Shown piece after piece: positions 42,649 through 52,518 of a stretch of DNA of 64,000 nt. Every line of letters begins with the position of its first letter. Position 1 is the stretch's first letter. This DNA comes from an uncultured Chloroflexia bacterium (GTDB lineage Bacteria > Chloroflexota > Anaerolineae > CG2-30-64-16), in contig CAVZDU010000007.1 in the NCBI GenBank assembly GCA_963774265.1, forward strand, positions 384,001-448,000. Reading direction: 5' to 3'. The translations under genes and the position numbers were made by a program. A model generated the notes under the pieces. That model was not told the DNA's origin. It made no database searches and was given only the letters and a program-made list of their open reading frames with translations.

Positions 42649-42687
42649 GAAAGGGGCTGTCCATTGGTTTGGGCAGCCCCTTTTTTC
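42649..42687 (+). terminator. Intrinsic terminator
   Basis: AAGGGGCTGTCC...GGGCAGCCCC followed by a T run. Confidence 0.8.
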
Positions 42688-42713
42688 GAGGTCCGACCCA
42701 AAGGGGAGACACA

Positions 42714-44111
42714 ATGGGTTACTTTGAATTGCTGACCACGCAAGACCTGGACCAGATCCACGCGACAAGCATGCGGCTGTTGGCCAATGTGGGGGTTGCA
42801 TTTCCCCAGGCAGAAGTGTTACGGACCTTTCAGGAACACGGGGCCCGGGTCGATGGGGACCGCGTCTATCTGGCCGAGGCGCAGGTGATGGACGCACTTG
42901 CGAGCATCCCGAAACGGTTCACCCTCCATGCTCGCAATCCCAGGCGCAACGTGACGATCGGCGGCGGCAGTACGGTGTTTGCGCCGGGGTACGGCGCGCC
43001 GTTCCTCGTCGATGCCGAGGTGGGCAAACGCGGGGCCTCGTTGGAGGACTACCACAATCTCGCCAAACTGGCGCATGCGCTGCCAAACCAGGACGTGAGC
43101 GGCTACCTCCTCGTTGACCCGGATGTCCCGACAGCCCATTTGCACATGCTCTACGCCCACATGCTCCACTCGGATAAACCGTTCATCGGCAGCACCGCGG
43201 GTGCAGCGGGCGCTCGACAGACGCTGGAGATGGCCCGCATCCTCTACGGGGGAGACTTCGGTGACCGTGCGATCACCATCAGCTTGATCAACAGCCTGAG
43301 CCCTCTGGCCTATAGCACCGAGATGCTGGATGTGCTGATGGAATACGCGCCGGCCCGCCAGCCAATGGTGATTGCGGCGCTGGCCATGGCCGGCTCGACC
43401 GGACCGGTGACGCTGGCCGGCGTGCTGGCGATGCAGACAGCGGAGTTGTTGGCCGGGATTGTGCTGACCCAGTGGATCAGTCCGGGAATGCCCGTTGTCT
43501 TTGGATCCACCTCAACCAATATCGACATGAAGTCCGGCGCGTTGTGCATCGGCAGCCCTGAGCTTTCGCAGATGATATCCGCGCATGCCCAACTGGCGCG
43601 CTTCTATGGCATCCCATCGCGCAGCGGGGGTGCGCTCACTGACGCCAGCTACCCGGACGCGCAGGCCGGCTTCGAGTCCATGATGGGCCTGCTCACCACC
43701 GCCAACAGCGGCGTGGATTTCGTCCTCCACGCGGCGGGCATCCTCAGCTCGTACCTGGCCTTCTCGTATGAGAAGTTCGTGCTGGATGACGAGATCTGCG
43801 GCATGGTGCGGCGGCTGCGCCGCGGCTTCACCGTGGATCCCCAAACGCTGGCCTACGATGTCATCGCCAAGGTGGGGTCGGGTGGTAACTATCTGATGGA
43901 AGATCACACGGTGGAGCGGTGTCGCACGGAGTTCTGGAAGCCGGGGGTGTGCGATCGCAGCGGGTTGGAGGCGTGGATGGCCACGCGCCAGGACGCGGTG
44001 TCTCGTGCGCGCGTGCGCTGGCAGAAGCTGGTGTGCGATCACAAGGACCCCGAGCTGGATCAGGTCATCAGCCGCCAACTGGGGGCGTACCTGGAGAGTC
44101 ACATTTCATAG
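42714..44111 (+). CDS. MttB superfamily methyltransferase, non-pyrrolysine type
   Basis: SDKPF, NSLSPL, GSTGPVTLAG, RSGGALTD..PDAQAGFE, HAAG; no in-frame TAG. Confidence 0.9.
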   Translation: MGYFELLTTQDLDQIHATSMRLLANVGVAFPQAEVLRTFQEHGARVDGDRVYLAEAQVMDALASIPKRFTLHARNPRRNVTIGGGSTVFAPGYGAPFLVDAEVGKRGASLEDYHNLAKLAHALPNQDVSGYLLVDPDVPTAHLHMLYAHMLHSDKPFIGSTAGAAGARQTLEMARILYGGDFGDRAITISLINSLSPLAYSTEMLDVLMEYAPARQPMVIAALAMAGSTGPVTLAGVLAMQTAELLAGIVLTQWISPGMPVVFGSTSTNIDMKSGALCIGSPELSQMISAHAQLARFYGIPSRSGGALTDASYPDAQAGFESMMGLLTTANSGVDFVLHAAGILSSYLAFSYEKFVLDDEICGMVRRLRRGFTVDPQTLAYDVIAKVGSGGNYLMEDHTVERCRTEFWKPGVCDRSGLEAWMATRQDAVSRARVRWQKLVCDHKDPELDQVISRQLGAYLESHIS

Positions 44112-44245
44112 CGGTCGAATTCATTCGGCGGCACAACGGTGGCGGCGTCAACCAGCCGGCCGTGAATGAATTCTGACAGCCAGCCGGCCGTGAATTCATT
44201 CACGGCCTGACAGGGCGAAACCTGCTGAAGCAGGTTCGGTTCGAT
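44112..44245. repeat. Palindromic left flank of tnpA
   Basis: CCAGCCGGCCGTGAAT repeated twice; GCCGTGAAT-tc-ATTCACGGC and AACCTGCT-ga-AGCAGGTT hairpins. Confidence 0.75.
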
Positions 44246-44266
44246 TGCGAGTCAGGAGACAGATAG

Positions 44267-44776
44267 ATGCCATTCTGGCGCACATGCTATCATTTGGTGT
44301 GGGCGACAAAGAATCGTGAGTCACTGATCACACCGGAGATCGAGCCACGCCTCTACGGCTACCTCGTCCACAAAGCCTCAGAACTGGGAGTCTTTGTTTA
44401 CGCCATCAATGGCTGGACCGATCACGTCCATCTCATCGTTGCCATCCCCCCACACGTTTCTGTTTCAGACCTGGTCAAACATCTCAAGGGGACCTCTTCC
44501 CACGACCTCAACCAGCAGGGGTCCAGCATCTTTTTCACCTGGCAGCGTGGTTTCGGTGTCCTCACTGTCGGCGAGCGGCAAAGGCCTGCTGCCGAGCCGT
44601 ATGTCAGACAACAGAAAGTGCATCATCGCGACAGCACGACTGTCGCGTGGCTGGAGCGGTGTTCCGAAATCGACGATGGACCTGAAGAAACGTCATTGTC
44701 GGCCGCGTCTCTGCCAGTGCCTGCCGTGCGTGAATCACCAACGGCGTACGACCCTCTCGGCGAGCCGCCATTCTAG
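44267..44776 (+). CDS. tnpA: IS200/IS605-family Y1 HUH transposase
   Basis: YHLVWATKNR, DHVHL (HUH), LKG.SS, WQRGFG, YVRQQKVHH. Confidence 0.92.
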   Translation: MPFWRTCYHLVWATKNRESLITPEIEPRLYGYLVHKASELGVFVYAINGWTDHVHLIVAIPPHVSVSDLVKHLKGTSSHDLNQQGSSIFFTWQRGFGVLTVGERQRPAAEPYVRQQKVHHRDSTTVAWLERCSEIDDGPEETSLSAASLPVPAVRESPTAYDPLGEPPF

Positions 44777-45085
44777 TGGCGCCTGCGGTTCGAAACCGCG
44801 GGCTGATATCGGTGCCAAACCGGCTGAAGCCGGTTGCGCATGCCGGCATGGCGCACGTGGGGGGACATCAGCCCGCTTGAGCGGGCTTGCAGCGGCGCGT
44901 GCGGTTCGAAACCGCGGGCTGATATCGGTGCCAAACCGGCTGAAGCTGGTTGCGCAAGCCGGCATGGCGCACGTGGGGGGGACATCAGCCCGCTTGAGCG
45001 GGCTTGCAGATGCTCTAGCCTGGCACTTCAGTGCCAGGCGACGAAGCAGGTCTGGCGTACCAGCCGCCGGCTTCAGCCGGGAGCG
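44777..45085. repeat. Two tandem 116-bp palindrome-rich units plus a terminal hairpin
   Basis: Units start at 44785 and 44901: GCGGTTCGAAACCGC, AACCGGCTGAAGCCGGTT, AGCCCGCTTGAGCGGGCT; then CCGGCTTCAGCCGG. Confidence 0.9.
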
Positions 45086-45086
45086 A

Positions 45087-45518
45087 CTAGCCAAGTAACG
45101 CCAGCAGCCCCAGCAGGTAGCTGTGCGGTCCGAAGCCGGCAATCTGGCCCACGCATACGGGCGCGATCACCGAGGTGTGGCGGAACGCCTCGCGCGGATA
45201 CACGTTGCTGAGGTGCACTTCGACGCAGGGCAGGGCGACCGCGGCGACAGCGTCGCGCAACGCATAGGAGTAGTGAGTGAGCGCGCCGGGGTTGATGAGG
45301 ATGCCATCGGCCCATCCCCGCGCGGCATGAACGGCGTCGATCAGGCCACCTTCGTGGTTTGATTGGAGGATGCGCAGCTCGACGCCCCGCGCCCCTGCCT
45401 CCCGCTCCAGCATCGCGTCGATCTCGGCCAGCGTCGTTGCACCGTACACCCCTGGCTCGCGCTGGCCCAGCAGGTTCAAGTTCGGTCCGTGAAGCACCAG
45501 TATCCGGTCCATCGGCAT
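45087..45518 (-). CDS. aroQ: Type II 3-dehydroquinate dehydratase
   Basis: [31 protein letters not shown]. Confidence 0.97.
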   Translation of the reverse strand: MPMDRILVLHGPNLNLLGQREPGVYGATTLAEIDAMLEREAGARGVELRILQSNHEGGLIDAVHAARGWADGILINPGALTHYSYALRDAVAAVALPCVEVHLSNVYPREAFRHTSVIAPVCVGQIAGFGPHSYLLGLLALLG

Positions 45519-45529
45519 GCTCTCCTCCT

Positions 45530-47131
45530 CTACCCGCGAAGTGGTCCCGTGGATGCTTGTACCGCGGCTAGCGCGGCCTCGACCGCGTCACCCGGCACGT
45601 CTTCCACCAACGCGACTTTGCCGATCCGCTCAATCACGACGAATCGCAACGTGCGGCCGCGCCGCTTCTTGTCCGTCCCCATCGCGGCGATTACTGCGTC
45701 AGGGTCAAAGGGAACCCTGGTCGGCAGGCCCAGGCGCGCCAAGACCTCACCGATGTGCTCCGCCAGGCCAGCATTGCATGCACCGATGAGCTCGCTGAGC
45801 CGCGCCGCGGCCACCATGCCCACTGCCACTGCGTCGCCATGCCGCAGCGTGAAGCCCGAATGGAGTTCGAGCGCATGGCCGAACGTGTGGCCCAGGTTGA
45901 GCCAGGCGCGGTCGCCTGCCTCGAACGGATCGCGCTGCACAAGATCGACCTTGACCCGAACCGCCTGGGCGATCATCGCGCTCAGCGATTCGGGGCCATC
46001 ACCTGCCAACTGCTCGAAGAGCTTCCGATGCCCGATGATCCCCGCTTTCACCACCTCAGCCAGCCCCGACCGATACTCCGCGCCGGGCAGCGTTCGGAGG
46101 ACGTCGGGATCGATGAGGACCAGCTCCGGTTGTTTGAACGCACCGACCAGGTTCTTCCCCCCAGGGAGATCGACGCCCACCTTGCCGCCAACGCTCGCAT
46201 CGACCATCGAAAGCAAGGTGGTCGGCATCTGGACGAAGGGTACGCCGCGCAGCCAGGTTGCCGCGACGAATCCTGCCGTGTCCCCGATCACGCCGCCCCC
46301 GAGTGCAATCACGGGTTCGTTGCGGGCCAGCCTTATCTCGGTCAACTGCTTGTAAAGGTCCGCGACGGTGTCCAGTGTCTTGTGCGCCTCGCCATCAGGT
46401 GCGAGGAGAAGGTGCGTCTCGAATCCGGCCGATCGGAGTGCGCCGAGCAGCGTGTCCGCGTGGTGTAGCGCCACAGTCGGGTTCGAAATAACGGCGCAGC
46501 GGCCCGGCTTGATCCCGGCTGACAGCAGGCGGGAACCCGCTTCTGCGAGAAGGCCTTCGGCAATCAGGATGTCATAGATCGAGTCGGGGGTGCGGACAGG
46601 CAGCCGGTAGGCGCCATCGGGCAAGCCGGCGGTGATCGCGAGGACGCGATCGGCCACCCGCGCGACCGAAAGGTGAGTGGTGTCGATATGGTGTGGGAGT
46701 GATGAGTAGGCTGCGGCTCGTTCGGCAAGCAACTCGGCGATTCGCTCGCCAAGCGCCTTGCCGGCCAGCATCGGGCGATCGATTGCATGTTTCAATCGCC
46801 CCGCGATGGCGTCGGGCGCTGCCTCCAGGCAAATCACGATCCCGCCGGACAGCAGGGCAGCACGATTCTCGGCGCGCAGCACCGCTCCGCCGCCTGTCGC
46901 GACGACCAGGCCCGCCCCTTCGCTCAATTCCTGACACGCCTCAGCTTCCATTTGTCGGAAAGCCGGCTCGCCGTCCTCTGCAAATATCCGGGCAACTGGC
47001 TTGCCGGCGCGGGCTGAGATCCGCTCGTCAAGGTCGATGAAGGGCCATCCCAGGCGGTCGGCGACAACGCGGCCCGTGCTGCTCTTGCCGGTGCCCATGA
47101 AGCCGGTCAAAACGATGTTCGGCTTTGTCAC
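45530..47131 (-). CDS. aroB: Fused shikimate kinase / 3-dehydroquinate synthase (AroKB)
   Basis: [13 protein letters not shown]; then [30 protein letters not shown]. Confidence 0.95.
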   Translation of the reverse strand: MTKPNIVLTGFMGTGKSSTGRVVADRLGWPFIDLDERISARAGKPVARIFAEDGEPAFRQMEAEACQELSEGAGLVVATGGGAVLRAENRAALLSGGIVICLEAAPDAIAGRLKHAIDRPMLAGKALGERIAELLAERAAAYSSLPHHIDTTHLSVARVADRVLAITAGLPDGAYRLPVRTPDSIYDILIAEGLLAEAGSRLLSAGIKPGRCAVISNPTVALHHADTLLGALRSAGFETHLLLAPDGEAHKTLDTVADLYKQLTEIRLARNEPVIALGGGVIGDTAGFVAATWLRGVPFVQMPTTLLSMVDASVGGKVGVDLPGGKNLVGAFKQPELVLIDPDVLRTLPGAEYRSGLAEVVKAGIIGHRKLFEQLAGDGPESLSAMIAQAVRVKVDLVQRDPFEAGDRAWLNLGHTFGHALELHSGFTLRHGDAVAVGMVAAARLSELIGACNAGLAEHIGEVLARLGLPTRVPFDPDAVIAAMGTDKKRRGRTLRFVVIERIGKVALVEDVPGDAVEAALAAVQASTGPLRG

Positions 47132-47163
47132 CTGTTCATGCCTCCGTAAGCGAATGGATGTGA

Positions 47164-48348
47164 TTACGCCTCATACCCGAACCGCCAGGTTGCATTATCC
47201 ATCGGCAGGTCGGCCAGCCGGCTGCGCCTGAGCGCGGCGAAGCGCGGTTCTTGTTCTGCGAGCGAATCGCCGCCAAGCTTTTCCATCAACGCGTCGGCAA
47301 GCACCCACGCGGCCATGGCCTCTCCGATGACCACCGCGCGGGGCGCGGCCGAAAAATCGGAGCGCTCGTACTTCGTGGGCGTGGGCGCGCCGGTGGCCAG
47401 GTCTACCGACATCAAGGGGTTCAACGTTGTGCTGATCGGCTTCATTGCCACGCGCAGCACGATGGGTTCGCCCGTGGTGACGCCGCCCTCCAGGCCGCCG
47501 GCCCGGTTCGTTGCGCGGCGCAATTCCCCGTTTTCACCGAGGATGATCTCATCGTGCACCTGCGTCCCGCGCAGGCACGCGTTGTCGAAGGCGCGACCGA
47601 TTTCGACGCCTTTCATCGCCTGGATGCTCACCATCGCGGCCGCGAGTCGTGCGTCGAGTTTGCGGTCGAAGTGGACATGGCTGCCCAGGCCGGGCGGCAC
47701 ACCCAGCGCCACGACCTCGAACACGCCGCCCAATGTGTCCTTCGCCTGCATGGTGTCCAGAATGGCCTGCCGCATCCGCTCAGCCGCGGCTGCATCAGGG
47801 CAGCGCACGTCGTTCTCCTCTGCTGCGGCGAAGCGTTCCTCATAGGGCATGGACTCAGCGATCCCCGCCTCGACATCGCCGATGCGGGTCACGTAGCCGC
47901 CCACCACAATCCCGAAATGCGCCAGGTAGGCCCGGCAGATCGCGCCCACCGCGACGCGCAGGGTGGTTTCCCGCGCGCTCGCACGTTCCAGCGCCAGCCG
48001 TAAATCCCGGTATCCGTACTTGACGGCGCCGGTCAGATCCGCATGGCCGGGCCGCGGGATGGTCATCGGCGGAACATCTTTCTCTGCCCACGACCGGTAG
48101 TCCAGGTTTGCGACCTCCACGCCAATCGGCGCGCCGGTTGTTTTGCCTGCCAGGATGCCTGCCGTAATGCGGACATGGTCTTTCTCGATCTTCATGCGCC
48201 CGCCCGCACCATAAGCCACCTGTCGTCTTGCCAGGTCGCGGTCGATCATCTCTGCGTTCACCGGCAGCCCTGCGATCATTCCCTCCAGGATGGCGGTCAG
48301 CGATGGGCCGTGGCTCTCGCCGGCGGTGAGGAATCGTAAAGTGGACAT
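47164..48348 (-). CDS. aroC: Chorismate synthase
   Basis: TAGESHG, PRPGHAD, ERASARET, MKPIST. Confidence 0.97.
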   Translation of the reverse strand: MSTLRFLTAGESHGPSLTAILEGMIAGLPVNAEMIDRDLARRQVAYGAGGRMKIEKDHVRITAGILAGKTTGAPIGVEVANLDYRSWAEKDVPPMTIPRPGHADLTGAVKYGYRDLRLALERASARETTLRVAVGAICRAYLAHFGIVVGGYVTRIGDVEAGIAESMPYEERFAAAEENDVRCPDAAAAERMRQAILDTMQAKDTLGGVFEVVALGVPPGLGSHVHFDRKLDARLAAAMVSIQAMKGVEIGRAFDNACLRGTQVHDEIILGENGELRRATNRAGGLEGGVTTGEPIVLRVAMKPISTTLNPLMSVDLATGAPTPTKYERSDFSAAPRAVVIGEAMAAWVLADALMEKLGGDSLAEQEPRFAALRRSRLADLPMDNATWRFGYEA

Positions 48349-48351
48349 ATG

Positions 48352-49203
48352 TTATCCTTCGATGGCCGCACGCATGACATCTATGGGCGCAGCGCGCCCT
48401 GTCCAGATCTCAAAAGCTCGCGCCCCTTGATGCACCAACATCCCCAGCCCACCAATCGCCCGCGCGCCACACCCTGCTGCGTGACTCAGGAAGGCAGTGG
48501 GACGGTGGTAGATCAGATCATATACCACCTGGTCCGGCCGGAACGGCACGCTGAGGTCCCACGGCAGCGCGTTGTCCTCGTGCAGGCCCAGGCTGGTCGC
48601 GTTGACGATCAGATGGGCGGCGGGGGCAAGCCCGGCGATGGCGGACGGGAAGGCGTGGGCGGATAGTCGGCCGGCAGCAGAGGGGAGTGTATCTGCAATC
48701 GCTTGACATAAGTCATAAGCTTTGGCTGCGTCGCGCGCGCACACGGCCACCGATCCTCCTGCCTCCGCGAGGGCATAAGTCACCGCGCGCGCCGCGCCCC
48801 CGGAGCCGATCACCAGGGTCCGTCCGCCAGGAATCACGCCGTGTTCGTCCAGATCCCGGAGAAACCCGTGCCCGTCCGTGGTGTCACCGAGCATCGTTAC
48901 GTCCTCTTGCACCACGATCGTGTTGACCGCGCCCACCGCGACCGCGGCAGGCGTGAGCTCATGGAGGTGAGGCATGACGGCCTGCTTGTGAGGCACTGTC
49001 ACGTTGGCGCCCGCGAACCCGAGCGCGCGCAGCCCAGCCACCGCTTCGCCCACATCCTCGGGCCGCACGGGCAGCGGAACATACGCCCAATCCAGCCCCA
49101 GCGCCGCAAAGGCCGCGTTATGCATCCGCGGGCTGCGGCTGTGCGTCACAGGCCAGCCCATGACGCCCACAAGGCGGGTGCTCCCGTTGATCGTGACATT
49201 CAT
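48352..49203 (-). CDS. aroE: Shikimate dehydrogenase
   Basis: HSRSPRMHN, NVTVPHK, GAVNT, GSGGAA, GMLVHQG. Confidence 0.95.
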   Translation of the reverse strand: MNVTINGSTRLVGVMGWPVTHSRSPRMHNAAFAALGLDWAYVPLPVRPEDVGEAVAGLRALGFAGANVTVPHKQAVMPHLHELTPAAVAVGAVNTIVVQEDVTMLGDTTDGHGFLRDLDEHGVIPGGRTLVIGSGGAARAVTYALAEAGGSVAVCARDAAKAYDLCQAIADTLPSAAGRLSAHAFPSAIAGLAPAAHLIVNATSLGLHEDNALPWDLSVPFRPDQVVYDLIYHRPTAFLSHAAGCGARAIGGLGMLVHQGARAFEIWTGRAAPIDVMRAAIEG

Positions 49204-49207
49204 GGCC

Positions 49208-50566
49208 TTATTGCACCCACCGGATGTCGGCTCCCAGATCCTGCATCGTCTCGACAAACCCGGGAAACGAGTCGCCGATCGCCTCAGCGCCGTGCACGGT
49301 CGTCGGACCCTCGGCTGCAAGCCCGGCAACGGCCAGGGCCATCGCCAGCCGGTGATCGCGGTGGCACTCCACCTCGGACCCAACCAGTTTCGTTGGGCCG
49401 TGGACGAGCATCCCATCGGGCCGTTCCTCGATCCGCGCGCCCATTTTGCGCAGCTCGGCTGCCACGGACGCGATGCGGTCCGACTCCTTCACGCGCAGCT
49501 CCGCGGCATCACGCACGATCGTAGTTCCTTCGGCCTGGGTCGCCAGCACCGCGAAGATGGGGAACTCGTCGATGGCGCGCACCACCAGGTCGCCGCCCAC
49601 TTCGACGGCACGCAACTCGGAGGCACGCACGGCCAGCTCCCCAACAGGCTCGCCAGCGTCATCCTGCGCGTCGTTCGCAGTCGCGGTCAGGTCGATGGCC
49701 TCCGCCACGATCCCTTCCATTTGCAGCAGCAGGTCGAGCAACCCGGTGCGCGTGGGGTTCAGCCCCACGTTGCGCAGGGTTACATTCGACCGCCGCACAA
49801 TCGATGCGGCCACGAGCGGGAAGGCGGCAGAGGAGAAGTCGCCGGGGATGATGAGAGGCTTGCCTGGCCGCGCCCGCAGCCGCTGGCGTCCGGCCAGCGA
49901 CACGGATAAGCCCGCGGCTGCATTGGAGCCGGCGGAGTCTACCTCGACGCCGAACCAGCGCAGCATGCGCTCGGTGTGGTCGCGCGACGGGCCGGGCTCG
50001 TGGACGATCGTCTCGCCTTCGGCGAAAAGGCCGGCCAACAGGATCGCGGATTTGACCTGGGCGCTGGCAACGGGGAGCGTGTAGTCGATGCCCTTCAGGT
50101 TGCCGCCCCTGATCGTGAGCGGCGGCAGCCGGCCGCCATCTCGTCCAAGGACGGTCGCGCCCATCAGGCGCAGCGGCTCTGCGACCCGGCCCATGGGCCG
50201 GCGGCGCAGCGGTTCGGTTCCGGTGAGCACGGTGGTGAAAGGTTGCCCGGCCACCAGCCCTGACAGGAGGCGAATGGTGGTGCCCGAGCCCGCGCAGTGA
50301 AGCACATCCACCGGCTCAGCCAGGCCGTTGAGACCGCGTCCGTGCACGGTCAGGCGTCCACCGGCGCGGTCCTCGATCTGCACGCCCAACGCCTGCATGC
50401 ATCTCAGCGTCGCCAGGCATACCTCCGCCGGCACCCAACCTTCGATCTCGGTGTCGCCGTCGGCGATCGCCGCAAGCATGAGGCCGCGGTGGGTAATGGA
50501 TTTGTCGCCCGGAACGGTCACCGTGCCGCGCAGCGGGCCGGAGGGATGAACGATCAGGTCAGGCAT
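49208..50566 (-). CDS. aroA: EPSP synthase
   Basis: PGDKSITHR, SAQVKSA, RDHTERML, ELRVKESDR, DHRLAM. Confidence 0.97.
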   Translation of the reverse strand: MPDLIVHPSGPLRGTVTVPGDKSITHRGLMLAAIADGDTEIEGWVPAEVCLATLRCMQALGVQIEDRAGGRLTVHGRGLNGLAEPVDVLHCAGSGTTIRLLSGLVAGQPFTTVLTGTEPLRRRPMGRVAEPLRLMGATVLGRDGGRLPPLTIRGGNLKGIDYTLPVASAQVKSAILLAGLFAEGETIVHEPGPSRDHTERMLRWFGVEVDSAGSNAAAGLSVSLAGRQRLRARPGKPLIIPGDFSSAAFPLVAASIVRRSNVTLRNVGLNPTRTGLLDLLLQMEGIVAEAIDLTATANDAQDDAGEPVGELAVRASELRAVEVGGDLVVRAIDEFPIFAVLATQAEGTTIVRDAAELRVKESDRIASVAAELRKMGARIEERPDGMLVHGPTKLVGSEVECHRDHRLAMALAVAGLAAEGPTTVHGAEAIGDSFPGFVETMQDLGADIRWVQ

Positions 50567-50649
50567 GCTCCTCCTGTGATATATGACGGAAGGAAGAAGA
50601 AAAAATGGAAAAAGGAAAACTCTTCTGTCCTTCGTGTCCCGGTGGTGAA

Positions 50650-51495
50650 TCAGATCTTCATGGCGCGGCGCGCCTGTTGCGCCTGCGAAAGCCGCGTGCG
50701 CAATGCCGCTTCGTCGCCGCTCTGCAGCAGCGCTTCCAGGCTGCTGAGTTGATCGGTGTACGTTGCCAGCGATTCGAGCACCGCCGCGCGATTCGTCAGC
50801 AGGATATCGAGCATCATATCAACATCGCTCGCGGCGATGCGCGTGGTGTCACGGAATCCGGACGCGGCCAACCTCAATGTGAGCGGATCATCCCCCCCTG
50901 CCACCGAATTCACCAGGCCCGCCGCGACCAGGTAGGGGAGGTGACTGATCGCCGCGACCGCCCGATCGTGCACGGCCGGGTCGAGCAACCGCACGTGGCT
51001 GCCTACCGCCTCGGCCAGGCCGTGCGCCGTCCCCAGCGCGGCGTCGGACGTGCGCGGCAGAGGACACAGGACGAATGTCATCCCGGTGAAGAGATCGGCA
51101 TCGGCCGCGGCGAAGCCCCCGGTCTCCTTGCCGCACATCGGATGCCCGCCCACCGGCTGTAATCCCTCCGGCAAGCGGTCCATCGCTGCACAGACCGCCT
51201 CCTTGGTGCTGCCCAGGTCGAGGATCACCGCGCCGGGCCGCGCCAGGCGGCCCACGTCGGGCAACTGCCGCAGCAGGGTGCGCACGGGCGTCGCGAGGAC
51301 GATCAGATCTGCCTCGGCCAGTGCCCCTGAGGCGAGGTCGGTTGCGCCGGCGTCGATCGCACCGGCCGCGCCGGCAGCAGCCAGCGTTGCTGGCGTGCGC
51401 GTGACCGCCGTGATCCGGCTGGCCCACCCGGAGCGCCTCAGCGCCAGCGCCAGTGAGCCGCCCATCAGCCCCAGACCGATAATGGCGACGTGCAC
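50650..51495 (-). CDS. tyrA: Prephenate dehydrogenase
   Basis: GLGLMGGS, DLGSTK, GGHPMCG, HD...ISHLP, GFRDTTRIA. Confidence 0.93.
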   Translation of the reverse strand: MHVAIIGLGLMGGSLALALRRSGWASRITAVTRTPATLAAAGAAGAIDAGATDLASGALAEADLIVLATPVRTLLRQLPDVGRLARPGAVILDLGSTKEAVCAAMDRLPEGLQPVGGHPMCGKETGGFAAADADLFTGMTFVLCPLPRTSDAALGTAHGLAEAVGSHVRLLDPAVHDRAVAAISHLPYLVAAGLVNSVAGGDDPLTLRLAASGFRDTTRIAASDVDMMLDILLTNRAAVLESLATYTDQLSSLEALLQSGDEAALRTRLSQAQQARRAMKI

Positions 51496-52508
51496 TACAT
51501 CGTCCTTCCGATAGCGGGCGCGAGTTGTTTCAGCTCACGAACCAGCGCCGCAAACTTCTCGGGCTTCAGGGACTGGGCGCCATCGGACATCGCCAGCTCC
51601 GGGTGCGGATGCACTTCGATCATCACTCCGTCCGCGCCCGCCGCGATGCAGGCTTTGGCGGTTGGGCCGACCAGCTCCCACTTGCCCGTGCCGTGGCTCG
51701 GATCGCCGAACACAGGGAGGTGCGTCCACTGCTTCATCAGGGCAATCGCGTTGATGTCCAGAGTGTTGCGCGTGGCCGTCTCAAACGTCCGGATGCCGCG
51801 CTCGCAGATCATCACCTGGCGATTTCCGCCGCTGAGCACGTATTCCGCGGACATCAGCATTTCCTGGATGGTGCCCATCATGCTCCGCTTGAGAAACACC
51901 GGTGTGAGTGTTCGGCCCACCGCGGTCAACAGGGGAAAGTTCTGGCTGTTGCGCGCGCCGATTTGGAACACGTCGGTGTATTTGCCGACCAGCGGCACGG
52001 CTTCAGGCGACATCACCTCGGTGATGATCGGCAAGCCGGTCACCTCCCGCGCCTCCGCCAGGAGTTCCAGCCCATCCTCACCCATCCCCTGGAACGCATA
52101 GGGCGACGTGCGCGGTTTGAATGCGCCGCCGCGCAGGATATCCGCCCCTGCCTCGCGGACCGCGCAAGCCGTTTCGAGGAGCTGGCTGCGACTCTCGACC
52201 GAGCAGGGGCCGGCGATCAGCGTGATCCTCGGCCCCCCGACCTCCACCCCGCGCACGTTGATCACCGTGTTTTCGGGGTGGAAGTCGCGGCTGGCCAGCT
52301 TGAAGGGCTGGAGGATGCGGACGACCTGCTCGACGCCCGACATCATCTCGAAATTGTGTGGTTGGACCGGCCGGTCGTCGCCGACCACGCCAATGATGGT
52401 CCGCTCGGTGCCCTGGGACAAATGGGCTCTGTAACCCATCGTCTCGACCTGCCTGACAACACTATCGATCTCGGCCGCGGTGGCGGTCCCCTTCATCACG
52501 ACGATCAT
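51495..52508 (-). CDS. aroF: DAHP synthase type I-beta with N-terminal regulatory domain
   Basis: [33 protein letters not shown]. Confidence 0.96.
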   Translation of the reverse strand: MIVVMKGTATAAEIDSVVRQVETMGYRAHLSQGTERTIIGVVGDDRPVQPHNFEMMSGVEQVVRILQPFKLASRDFHPENTVINVRGVEVGGPRITLIAGPCSVESRSQLLETACAVREAGADILRGGAFKPRTSPYAFQGMGEDGLELLAEAREVTGLPIITEVMSPEAVPLVGKYTDVFQIGARNSQNFPLLTAVGRTLTPVFLKRSMMGTIQEMLMSAEYVLSGGNRQVMICERGIRTFETATRNTLDINAIALMKQWTHLPVFGDPSHGTGKWELVGPTAKACIAAGADGVMIEVHPHPELAMSDGAQSLKPEKFAALVRELKQLAPAIGRTM

Positions 52509-52518
52509 GATGCCCTCC

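Noticed and set aside
44785-45010. 116-bp tandem units as a CRISPR or guide array
   Set aside because: The units are nearly identical along their whole length with no variable spacers
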